NCBI RefSeq assembly: GCF_011386835.1
Contig: NC_088810.1
Coordinates: 248,001 to 312,000, forward strand
Origin: Chrysemys picta bellii
Lineage: Eukaryota
Direction of reading: 5' to 3'
DNA length: 64,000 nucleotides
This document shows positions 55,460 to 64,000 of this stretch, in pieces. Each line of letters starts with the position of its first letter. The first letter of the stretch is position 1. The notes beneath the pieces were generated by a model. That model searched no databases. It saw only the letters and a program-made list of their open reading frames with translations, and was not told where the DNA came from. The translations under genes were made by a program, and so were the position numbers.

Positions 55460-55619
55460 GTCCAGTCTGTGCTGGGGTTGAACAGGCTGAGGGGGGAGGG
55501 TGCCCGGCGGGTGAATCCTGGTGCGGCGGAAGGGCAGGGATGGGTGCGGGGGGGGGGAGTTGCCCAACAGGCCCCAGGGGAGGGGATGTTGGGTAAGAAA
55601 GAAACCGACAGAGCAACGG

Positions 55620-56677
55620 AGTCCTGCCCCCCCGTCCTCTCTGCCCCCCCATCCTCTCTGAACCCCGCCCCAGGCCACAGGCCCCACTACAACACACCCG
55701 AGTCCCTGCCCCCCCACACTCTGTACCCCCCCGTCCTCTCTGCCCCCCTGCACTCTGTATCCTGCCCCCGTCCCCACTGCCCCCCCGCACTCTGTACCCC
55801 ACCCCGTCCTCTCTGCCCCCCCGCACTCTGTATCCTGCCCCTGTGCCCACTGCCCCCCTGCACTCTGTACCCCACCCTGTTCTCTCTGCCCCCCTGCACT
55901 CTGTACCCCCCATCCTCTCTGAACCCCGCCCCAGGCCACAGGCCCCACTACAACACACCCGAGTCCCTGCCCCCCCACACTCTGTACCCCCCTCCCCGTC
56001 CTCTCTGCCCCCCTGCACTCTGTATCCTGCCCCCGTCCCCACTGCCCCCCCGCACTCTGTACCCCACCCCGTCCCCACTGCCCCCCTGCACTCTGTACCC
56101 CGCCCCGTCCTCTCTGCCCCCCCGCACTCTTTACCCCCCTCCCCGTCCTCTCTGCCCCCCCGCACTCTGTACCCCCACTCCCCGTCCTCTCTGCCCCCCT
56201 GCACTCTGTACCCCCCGTCCTCTCTGCCCCCCCATCCTCTCTGAACCCCGCCCCCGTTCCCACTGCCCCCACTACAACACGCCCAACTCCTGCCCCTCCC
56301 CCCACACTCTGTACCCCCGTCCTCTCTGTACCCCGCCCCAGGCCACAGCCCCCACTGCAACACACCCGACTCCTGCCCCCCCACACTCTGTACCCCACCC
56401 CGTCCTCTCTGCCCCCCCGCACTCTGTACCCCACCCCGTCCTCTCTGCCCCCCCGCACTCTGTACCCCGCCCCCGTCCCCACTGCCCCCCCGCACTCTGA
56501 ACCCCGCCCCCGTCCCCACTGCCCCCACTGCAACACGCCCAACTCCTGCCCCTCCCCCGCACTCTGTACCCCCCGACCTCTCTGAACCCTGCCCCAGGCC
56601 ACAGCCCCCACTGCAACATGCCCGACTCCTCACTGCCCCCCTGCACTCTGTACCCCCCGTCCTCTCTGCCCCCCCAT
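55620..56677. repeat. C-rich about 33-bp minisatellite, left part (continues at 60728-61190 beyond the LTR element)
   Basis: CCCCGTCCTCTCTGCCCCCCCGCACTCTGTA units on both sides of the insertion. Confidence 0.95.
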
Positions 56678-57256
56678 TGTTGCGGATTGTGGGGGAGTTA
56701 GGGCCCTGCACCCCCGGCTTCCTGCGATTCACCATGACTCTCAGCCAGCCAGTAAAGCAGAAGGTTTATTTGGATGACAGGAATACAGTCCAAGACAGGT
56801 CTTGCAGGCACAGACAACAGGGCCCCCCTCAGTTAGGTCCAGCTTGGGGTCCCAGGGCATGCCGGCCCACCCCCCTTGGGGGGTCAGAGCCATCTCTGCC
56901 TCCCAGCCATCTCTCCAGCCTGCTTCCAGCACTCTGCCCTCAGCGACCCCTCCCACAGCCTTTGTTCAGTTTCCCGGGCCCCGGAGTCATCTGACCTCCA
57001 ACCCCCTCCTGGGTTCTCATGTTACAAGCTCAGGTATGTTCCCTTGGGCCGGCTCCCATCCCCCGATGCAGACCATCCTAGTCACACTCCCCTGTCAGCA
57101 TTCACACACCCCAGCAAGAACAGTCCCAGTTCGTCACATCTCTCCCCCCTTCGAGACCGAACTGAGCAGGGTCACTTTAGCCAGTGACCCGGGGAAGTTC
57201 GAACCTACCCCCGTTCCCATGGATGCCCCCGCATCCCTCCAGTTCCTTGGTGGGAG

Positions 57257-59941
57257 TTACACCAGGCCCCTTCCGTTCCACGCCCCCCCCTTAGGTCGGG
57301 GGTGCTTGATGGCACTCGCAGTTCGCATGTGGGAAGGTTTATGCGGCCTGTGCCCTTTTCCCACCCCCATACCTCTGGGGTTCCAACTGGGCTGTGGTCT
57401 TCTCCCAGCGCTCCAGTCTGGAGGTCTGTGCTTTGGGCTCTCTTGGTTTAGAGCCGCCCTTTTAACCTTGGCCACCCTCTGGAAAGGATCCTTTATGCTG
57501 GGCAAGGGTCCTAAAGCTGTTTTCCCCTTGTCCCAGGCCTTCCTCCCCCTCTGACAGGGGTCACAGGATCCGCAGTACTGTCGGACAGTAACAAAGACCC
57601 CAGGCCAGTAAAAGCTCCGTAGCAGCCTCTGCTGGGTACGCCAGGTTCCCTGGTGCCCTGAGAGGGGAATGTCATGGGCCCGGCACAGCAGCTGGCGGCG
57701 ATACTTCTGGGGTACCACCAGCTGCCTCCTGATCCCCCCTGACTCCATTTTCCCTGGGGGAGCCCATTCTCGGTACAGGAACCCCTTCTCCCACAGGAAC
57801 CTTTTCCGGCCACCTCGTTCCATGGTCTGTACCGCATTGAGGTCGGCCAGGTCCCTTATTTTCCGCAAGGAGGGGTCTCTCTGTAGCTCGGCCTGGAACT
57901 CAGCAGCTGGGACAGGGATGGCCACCTGCTCTTTCTCGCCCGCTGGGTCCGAAGCTGCAGCCTCCCTGAGCCGCGTCCCTGGGCGTTCCCTCCCCACCAG
58001 GTTAGGGTCCTGCGCCTCAGGCAAGGCACCCCCCCCAAGGCCAGGGCGCAGGGCCCCTCGCCGGCTCTGACTGCGGGTCACAACCAGTGCCTTTTGGGGG
58101 TTGCTTGGCCAGTTCTCCAGGTCCCCCCCCATCAATACCTCAGTGGGCAAATACGGGTGTACCCCCACATCCTTGGGGCCCTCCTTGGCCCCCCACTTCA
58201 GGTGTACCCTTGCCACGGGCACTTTGACTGGTGTTCCGCCCACCCCCGTCAGGGTCAGGTAGGAGTTGGGCACCACCTGATCTGGGGCCACCACCTCGGG
58301 CCGGGCCAGCGTCACCTCTGCGCCCGTATCCCAGTATCCATTGACCTTCCTCCCATCCACCTCCAGGGGAACAAGGTACTCTCTCCGGAGGGACAGCCCC
58401 GCGCCCACCGTATAAACCAAAAACCCTGAGTCTGGGGCATCCAGCCCCCTAGAGGAGCTGGCCTGGGGCCCTTCTCTCTCTTGAGCAGTTGATAAGCTGC
58501 CAGCCCCTCTTGCGTGAGAAGCCTGCCCCTCGTCCGTCTGGGCCTCTACCAAGTTAACCCTATGCGGGTTCGGTCTGCTCAGTCTGTCCTTGAGCTTGGG
58601 GCACTGGGCCCGAACGTGGCCTCTTCGGCCGCAGTAATAGCAGCTCATGTCCCGTGGGTCCCCTCGAGCCGGTCGGTTGTCCCTGACGCTGGGCATTCCC
58701 CGTGGGAGGGGATTCCCCATATTCCCTCTTTGGGAGGTCCCAGGGTGACTCTCTCTCTGCATCGCGGCGGGCCTGTTCCTTTGGGGCTCCTCCCTGCCAC
58801 CCCCTGACCGGCTCTTTACAAACTCATCAGCCAGCTGCCCGGCGTGTCGCGGGTTCTCTGGCTTTCTGTCCACCAACCACAGCCTCAGGTCGGATGGGCA
58901 CCGCTTATACAGTTGCTCCAGTACCAGCAGTTTAATCAGGTCCTCCTTCGTCTGGGCCCCACCAGCCCACTTGCTGGCGTATCTTTCCATGCGGACGGCT
59001 AGTTGCAGATATGAGATCTCAGGGGTTTTATCTTGACTCCGGAACCTTCCCCGGTACATCTCAGGAGTCAGCCCAAACTCTCGTAGCAGGGCCCTTTTGA
59101 ATAGTTCGTAGTCCCCTTTCTCTGCCTCTCCCAGTTGGCGGTACAATGCCACGGATTTGGGGTCCAGTAAGGGGGTAAGGACCCGGAGTCTGTCCGCGGG
59201 ATCCACCCGGTGCAGCTCGCAGGCCGTCTCAAAGGCCTCCAGGAAGTCATCCATGTCCTCCCCCTCCTTGTATGGGGCCATGATGCACTTATCAAAGCTC
59301 CGTGCAGTCCCGGGTCCCCCCTCACTCACCGCAGCCGGGGGTTCGCTGCCCTTCAATCTCGCCAGTTCCAGGTCATGCTGACGCTGTCGCTCTTCATGCT
59401 GTCTCTGTCTCTCATTCTCCTCCCGTTCATGCTGTCTCTGTCTCTCTTCACGCTGATGCTGTCTCTCTTTCTCCTCCCGTTCATGCTGTCTCTGTCGTTC
59501 ACGATCCTCCAGCTCTCTCAGTTTTAGCTCTTTCTCCCATTCCAGCCAATTCCGCTCCCCGGATGCCGAACGTCGCCGGGAGGATCCTCTGCTGGCCGGC
59601 GAGCTTCGCCGGGGGGACCCCCTGCTGGCCGGGGGGGTCACGGCGCCTTCGGTATTTGCTGGGCTCCTCCCCACCCTTCCCCTAGGCATAGGAAGGAGGG
59701 GTCTCGGGAAGCCCTCAGCAGCCGGCTGACCACTCCCAGCTGGGACAGACACTGGTGCCTGCGCTGCATTTGCCAGGCTGCTTCCCTGAGACACAGGGAT
59801 CAGTTCATTCGCACGATCTTCCGCCTCCAGCTGGGCAATGAGCTGTTCTTTGGTGAGCCTCCCAATGCGCAGCTGCCTCTGCTTGCACAGCTCCACCAGG
59901 TCGCTCTTAAGCCGCTTGGCATACATCTTCCTGCTGGCCAC
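57257..59941 (-). CDS. Retrotransposon Gag-protease-truncated integrase polyprotein, 894 aa
   Basis: N-terminal SAP/HeH-like segment, E/R/Q coiled coil, SCAN-like capsid (LLREFGLTPEMYR...LLVLEQL), zinc knuckle CYYCGRRGHVRAQC, aspartic protease WDTGA, integrase zinc finger HDIPLSGHQG...FYWPG...CGSCDPC, then PFQRVA and unrelated sequence; no DDE core and no YxDD. Confidence 0.9.
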   Translation of the reverse strand: MASRKMYAKRLKSDLVELCKQRQLRIGRLTKEQLIAQLEAEDRANELIPVSQGSSLANAAQAPVSVPAGSGQPAAEGFPRPLLPMPRGRVGRSPANTEGAVTPPASRGSPRRSSPASRGSSRRRSASGERNWLEWEKELKLRELEDRERQRQHEREEKERQHQREERQRQHEREENERQRQHEERQRQHDLELARLKGSEPPAAVSEGGPGTARSFDKCIMAPYKEGEDMDDFLEAFETACELHRVDPADRLRVLTPLLDPKSVALYRQLGEAEKGDYELFKRALLREFGLTPEMYRGRFRSQDKTPEISYLQLAVRMERYASKWAGGAQTKEDLIKLLVLEQLYKRCPSDLRLWLVDRKPENPRHAGQLADEFVKSRSGGGREEPQRNRPAAMQRESHPGTSQRGNMGNPLPRGMPSVRDNRPARGDPRDMSCYYCGRRGHVRAQCPKLKDRLSRPNPHRVNLVEAQTDEGQASHARGAGSLSTAQEREGPQASSSRGLDAPDSGFLVYTVGAGLSLRREYLVPLEVDGRKVNGYWDTGAEVTLARPEVVAPDQVVPNSYLTLTGVGGTPVKVPVARVHLKWGAKEGPKDVGVHPYLPTEVLMGGDLENWPSNPQKALVVTRSQSRRGALRPGLGGGALPEAQDPNLVGRERPGTRLREAAASDPAGEKEQVAIPVPAAEFQAELQRDPSLRKIRDLADLNAVQTMERGGRKRFLWEKGFLYREWAPPGKMESGGIRRQLVVPQKYRRQLLCRAHDIPLSGHQGTWRTQQRLLRSFYWPGVFVTVRQYCGSCDPCQRGRKAWDKGKTALGPLPSIKDPFQRVAKVKRAALNQESPKHRPPDWSAGRRPQPSWNPRGMGVGKGHRPHKPSHMRTASAIKHPRPKGGAWNGRGLV

Positions 59942-60246
59942 TCACCGGCCTGTGTGCTCACAGCTCCCCACAGTTCCCAGGGGGACCCCTAGTGTGCCAG
60001 CCCTTCTCGAGGTCACCACCTCTCTGCCAGGGTTGAGCTGCAGACTCCTCCGCCCCTGGGACCACTCGCTGCGATCCCCCCGGGGGACCCTGTTACTGCA
60101 AAAGTCCTTCTCGCTGGTCACACACTCCCAGGGGTAATAACCGTCTCTCTCCCACTCTTCAGCGTGCCTGGTCCCCGTCAATCCCCCTTCGTTTTACTGC
60201 TCCCCAGTCACTTACTGCAGGAAGCGCCGTCCACGGGGTGCAGTAG

Positions 60247-60264
60247 ATCCCACCGCTGCCACCA
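60247..60264 (-). other. Primer-binding site complementary to the tRNA-Leu 3' end
   Basis: + strand ATCCCACCGCTGCCACCA equals the 18 3'-terminal nt (including CCA) of vertebrate tRNA-Leu(AAG) as I recall it, 2 nt from the 5' LTR. Confidence 0.85.
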
Positions 60265-61525
60265 GTTGTTGCGGATTGTGGGGGAGTTAGGGCCCTGCAC
60301 CCCCGGCTTCCTGCGATTCACCATGACTCTCAGCCAGCCAGTAAAGCAGAAGGTTTATTTGGATGACAGGAATACAGTCCAAGACAGGTCTTGCAGGCAC
60401 AGACAACAGGGCCCCCCTCAGTTAGGTCCAGCTTGGGGTCCCAGGGCATGCCGGCCCACCCCCCTTGGGGGGTCAGAGCCATCTCTGCCTCCCAGCCATC
60501 TCTCCAGCCTGCTTCCAGCACTCTGCCCTCAGCGACCCCTCCCACAGCCTTTGTTCAGTTTCCCGGGCCCCGGAGTCATCTGACCTCCAACCCCCTCCTG
60601 GGTTCTCATGTTACAAGCTCAGGTATGTTCCCTTGGGCCGGCTCCCATCCCCCGATGCAGACCATCCTAGTCACACTCCCCTGTCAGCATTCACACACCC
60701 CAGCAAGAACAGTCCCAGTTCGTCACACCCATCCTCTCTGTACCCCGCCCCCGGCCACAGGCCCCACTGCAACACACCCGACTCCTGCCCCCCCGCACTC
60801 TGTACCCCCCTCCCCGTCCTCTCTGCCCCCCCGCACTCTGTACCCCGCCCCGTCCTCTCTGCCCCCCCGCACTCTGTACCCCGCCCCCGTCCTCTCTGAC
60901 CCCCCGCACTCTGTACCCCCCTCCCCGTCCTCTCTGCCCCCCCGCACTCTGTACCCCGCCCCGTCCTCTCTGTACCCCCCTGCACTCTGTACCCCGCCCC
61001 GTCCTCTCTGTACCCCCCCTGCACTCTGTACCCCACCCCGTCCCCACTGCCCCCCTGCACTCTGTATCCCCCTCCCCGTCCTCTCTGCCCCCCCGCACTC
61101 TATACCCCACCCCATCCTCTCTGCCCCCCTGCACTCTGTACCCCCCATCCTCTCTGAACCCCGCCCCTGTCCCCACTGCCCCCACTGCAACACACCCAGG
61201 CTCCTCGCTGCTCCTGCCCCCCAGGCCCCGCACCCAGCGGGGGAGGGGGGTTAAGAGGAATGTAATGGCAAAAGGGACGGGGGGGGGAGCCAGGAGATGG
61301 AAACAGCCCCCCCCCCCCCGACCGCCCCTGGGTTCAGGGCTCCACGATTCACTCACTCACCCCCCCCCACCTCCCCCCACCCCCCCCCCCGTGGCTGGGC
61401 CCTGCCCAGGGAGCTGGGGGTGGGGGAGGAGCTGGGGCCTTGTGACACCTCCAGGAGCCGAGGTCCCCACAGCCCCAGCCCCAGATAGTGCCCCACCCCC
61501 GGGGGCCTGGGGCTCAGGGAGGGGG

Positions 61526-61612
61526 TCATAGAATCACAGGACGGGCCGGGACCTCGAGAGGTCATCTAGTCCCGTCCCCTGCACTCCAGGCAGGACTAAG
61601 TATTGTCTAGAC
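61526..61612 (-). mobile_element. CR1 LINE extreme 3' end (continues at 63720-64000)
   Basis: TCATAGAATC...GGGACCTCGAGAGGTCATCTAGTCC...GGACTAAGTATTGTCTAGAC joins seamlessly to ATCTAGACCATCCCTGACAGG at 63721. Confidence 0.8.
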
Positions 61613-61696
61613 CCGGGCGGCTCCGGAGCCACCTGCGGCTCTTCAGGGGTTAACATGCGGCTCCTCGTCTGGGCACCGACTCCGGGGCTGGAGCGA

Positions 61697-62117
61697 TGTC
61701 GTGGATTGTGGGGGAGTTAGGGCCCTGCACCCCTCTTCCCGAGATTCACTGCGACTCTCAACCAGCCAGTAAAGCAGAAGGTTTATTTAAGGACAGGAAC
61801 ACAGTCTCAAGCAGAGCGTGTAGGTACGACCAGACCCCCTCAATTAGGTCCCTCTGGGAGGTTCAGGGAGCTTAGACCCCAGCTTGGGGTTCCCTGCGTT
61901 GCACCACCCAGCCCCAACCGAAACTAAACTCCAAGCCCCTCCCGCTGCTCCTCTCCTTTGTTCAGTCTCCCGGGCAGAAGGTGTTAATTCTCCCCACCCC
62001 CGTTCCTGGCTCAGGTTACAGCTCAGGTAGCTTCCTTCAAGGGAAGTCCCACATCCCCACTGCAGCCCCCCTGCAACATTCCCAGGTCAAATCTGCCCTG
62101 CTCCCCGCTCCGTCACA
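61697..62117 (-). mobile_element. Solo LTR, 421 bp
   Basis: TGTCG...CGTCACA with perfect 5-bp TSD AGCGA (61692-61696, 62118-62122); about 98% identical to 1-410. Confidence 0.92.
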
Positions 62118-62140
62118 AGCGACAGGCACCAACTTCCCAA

Positions 62141-63247
62141 TGTGCGGGGGGGTTCTGGCGGGACCCAACTGAGAGTATCAATTCAGGACAAACTGCTTAA
62201 AGCAGGGCACAGCCCAAGGCTGGGGTCTTTCCGCCTCTTAAGGCACCAAACCAGCCAGCCAGACCGAGGAGAACTAACACGGCTCCTACTCTGAAACCAG
62301 CCAGCCAGAGAGGATTTCGGTCTCACCCACTGGCTAACCACAAGTCACACAAGCAATTCCCCCAGACACTCCAGTGTCCCAGTATCACCACCAGTGCCAC
62401 TCGTTATGGGGACAAATGGCTATGAAAACCAATACCCCAGTAAAAGAAAAAGGGTTCTCCCAATCCCCAAAGGACCAAGCCCCAGACCCAAGTCAACATA
62501 CAAATCAGATCTTACCCACAAATCACGCTGTTGCCAATCCTTTAGAATCTAAAATCTAAAGGTTTATTCATAAAAGGAAAAAGATCTGGATGAGAGCTAG
62601 AATTGGTTACATGGAATCAATGACATCCAGTAATGGCCAAGTTCTTGGTTCAGGCTTGTAGCAGCGATAGAACAAACTGCAGGTTCAAATCAAGTCTCTG
62701 GAACATCCCCAGCTGGGATGGGTCCTTCAGTCCTTTGTTCGAAGTTTCCGTTTGCAGCAAAGTTCCTCCAGAGGTAAGAAGCAGGATTGAAGACAAGATG
62801 GAGATCAGGCATCAGCCTTTTATAGTCTTTTCCAGGTGTAAGAACACCTCTTTGTCCTTACTGTGGAAAATTACAGCAAAATGGAGTCTGGAGTCACATG
62901 GGCCAGTCCCTGCATACTTTGCTGAGGTACAAGGCGTAGCTGCCTTCTCTCAATGGGTCCATTGTATAGCTGATGGTCCTTAATGGGCCATCAAGCAGGC
63001 TAGGCAGAGCTGACACCAACTTGTCTGGGATGTCACCCAGAAGCACAGCATAAGTTTGAAATACAGACAGTACAGAGCCAATATTCATAACTTCAACTAC
63101 AAAATTGATACACACATATAGACAGCTTAACCATAACCTTGTCTTAGACACCTAATTTGACCCCGTTTGTACAAGTTTTGGTGCGACTACAGGACTTTGG
63201 TTGCAGCCATGTTCTATACGGTTCCAGATTATATCAATAACGTCACA
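62141..63247. mobile_element. About 1.1-kb LTR of a different Gypsy-type family (left end uncertain)
   Basis: AT-richer block ending ...ATATCAATAACGTCACA; no ORF; no matching TSD found, so the left end may be deleted. Confidence 0.5.
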
Positions 63248-63470
63248 CCCCCCCAGAGCCTCCTGCACCCCACAAAACAGCTGATCAGGAGGTGTGGGGA
63301 GGGAGGGGGAGGCAGTGATCAACAGGGCTGCGGGTGGGCGGGAGGCACTGGCAGTGGTGGTGGTGGGGAGCTGACGGGGGGCTGCTGACGTGTTACTGTG
63401 GCTCTTTGGCAACGTACATTGGTAAATTCTGGCTCCTTCTCAGGCTCAGGTTGGCCCCCCCTGAACTAGA

Positions 63471-63719
63471 CAGGGCTGGCTCCAGGGTTTTTGCCACCCC
63501 AAGCGGCGGAAAAAAACAAACCAAAAAAAAAAAAAAAGCCGCGATCGCAATTGCGATCGGCGGCACTCCGGCAGCAGCTCCACCGCGCTGCTTTCTTCTT
63601 CGGCGGGAATTCGGCGGCAGGTGCTTCCCTCCAAGAGGGACCCACCACCGAATTGCCGCCCCCTTCCCCTGGGCCGCCCCAAGCACCTGCTTGCTGGCTG
63701 GTGCCTGGAGCTGGTCCTG
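63471..63719. mobile_element. hAT-type MITE
   Basis: TIRs CAGGGCTGGCTCCAGG / CCTGGAGCTGGTCCTG; TSD GAACTAGA / GATCTAGA (7/8). Confidence 0.8.
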
Positions 63720-64000
63720 GATCTAGACCATCCCTGACAGGGGTTTGTCCAACCTGCTTTTAAACACCTCCAGTGACGGAGATTCCACAGCCTCCCTGGG
63801 CAATTTGTTCCAGTGTTTAACCACCTGATAATTAGGAAGTTTTTCCTAATGTCCAACCTAAACTGGCCTGGTGCTGCAATTTAAGCCCATTGCTTCTTGT
63901 CCTGTCCTCAGAGGTTAAGAAGAACAATTTACTTGAAAACTGTTATCATGTCCCCTCTCAGGCTTCTCTTCTCCAGACTAAACAAACCCAATTTTTTCAA
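63720..64000 (-). mobile_element. CR1 LINE 3' region
   Basis: GGAGATTCCACAGCCTCCCTGGGCAATTTGTTCCAGTG...TTAGGAAGTTTTTCCTAATGTCCAACCTAAA, typical reverse-complement CR1 3' sequence. Confidence 0.85.

Larger units (their letters stand above)
56678..60727 (-). mobile_element. Gmr1-type Gypsy LTR retrotransposon, non-autonomous (no RT/RNase H), very recent
   Basis: 461-bp LTRs at 56678-57138 and 60267-60727 with TG...CA ends and no difference I could find; 5-bp TSD CCCAT (56673-56677, 60728-60732); PBS at 60247-60264; PPT GAAGGGGGGAGAGA at 57139-57152. Confidence 0.95.
61614..63463. mobile_element. hAT-type non-autonomous element interrupted by two LTRs (pieces about 61614-61696, 62118-62150, 63248-63463)
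   Basis: Right end ...GGTTGGCCCCCCCTG; left TIR damaged; the pieces join across the AGCGA TSD; inserted at a TCTAGA-like site. Confidence 0.45.

Noticed and set aside
54875-56735. Long ORFs of 409-541 aa on both strands
   Set aside because: They are translations of the C-rich minisatellite (open in several frames, low complexity). Only the embedded leader and N exons of gene B are real.
57257-59941. Host SCAN-domain or zinc-finger gene
   Set aside because: Enclosed by identical LTRs with PBS, PPT and TSD, and contains protease and integrase zinc-finger motifs.
60247-60264. tRNA-Leu gene
   Set aside because: Only the 18-nt 3' end including CCA, abutting an LTR; it is a primer-binding site and there is no cloverleaf.

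Overview
Very GC-rich vertebrate genomic DNA; the repeat families suggest a turtle (inference, not searched). The window is syntenic with human 19q13.3. It holds the 3' two-thirds of BCAM (+, 1570-8719), complete CBLC (-) and BCL3 (-), a CEACAM19 orthologue with an ITAM-type tail (+), and two tandem paralogous CEACAM-like genes (-) that each encode only a leader plus one IgV/N domain followed by an immediate stop, i.e. predicted secreted single-domain proteins. All exon structures were built by hand from GT/AG sites and reading phase. Mobile DNA includes a very young 4.05 kb Gmr1-type Gypsy element (identical LTRs, tRNA-Leu PBS, 5-bp TSD, intact Gag-protease ORF, no RT/RNase H), solo LTRs, CR1 fragments, hAT MITEs, a Penelope-like remnant and a probable decayed hAT transposase. 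Roughly a quarter of the window is GC-rich minisatellite. Several arrays are anchored on, and copy, real splice sites, and one is built from CTCF-like cores. Most long ORFs in the supplied track are artefacts of these arrays. The most interesting observations are the secreted CEACAM-like pair beside an ITAM-type CEACAM19, the splice-site-duplicating minisatellites, a one-base frameshift in CEACAM19, and the young LTR insertion just upstream of one secreted paralog. Family names come from recalled reference sequences; no database search was run.
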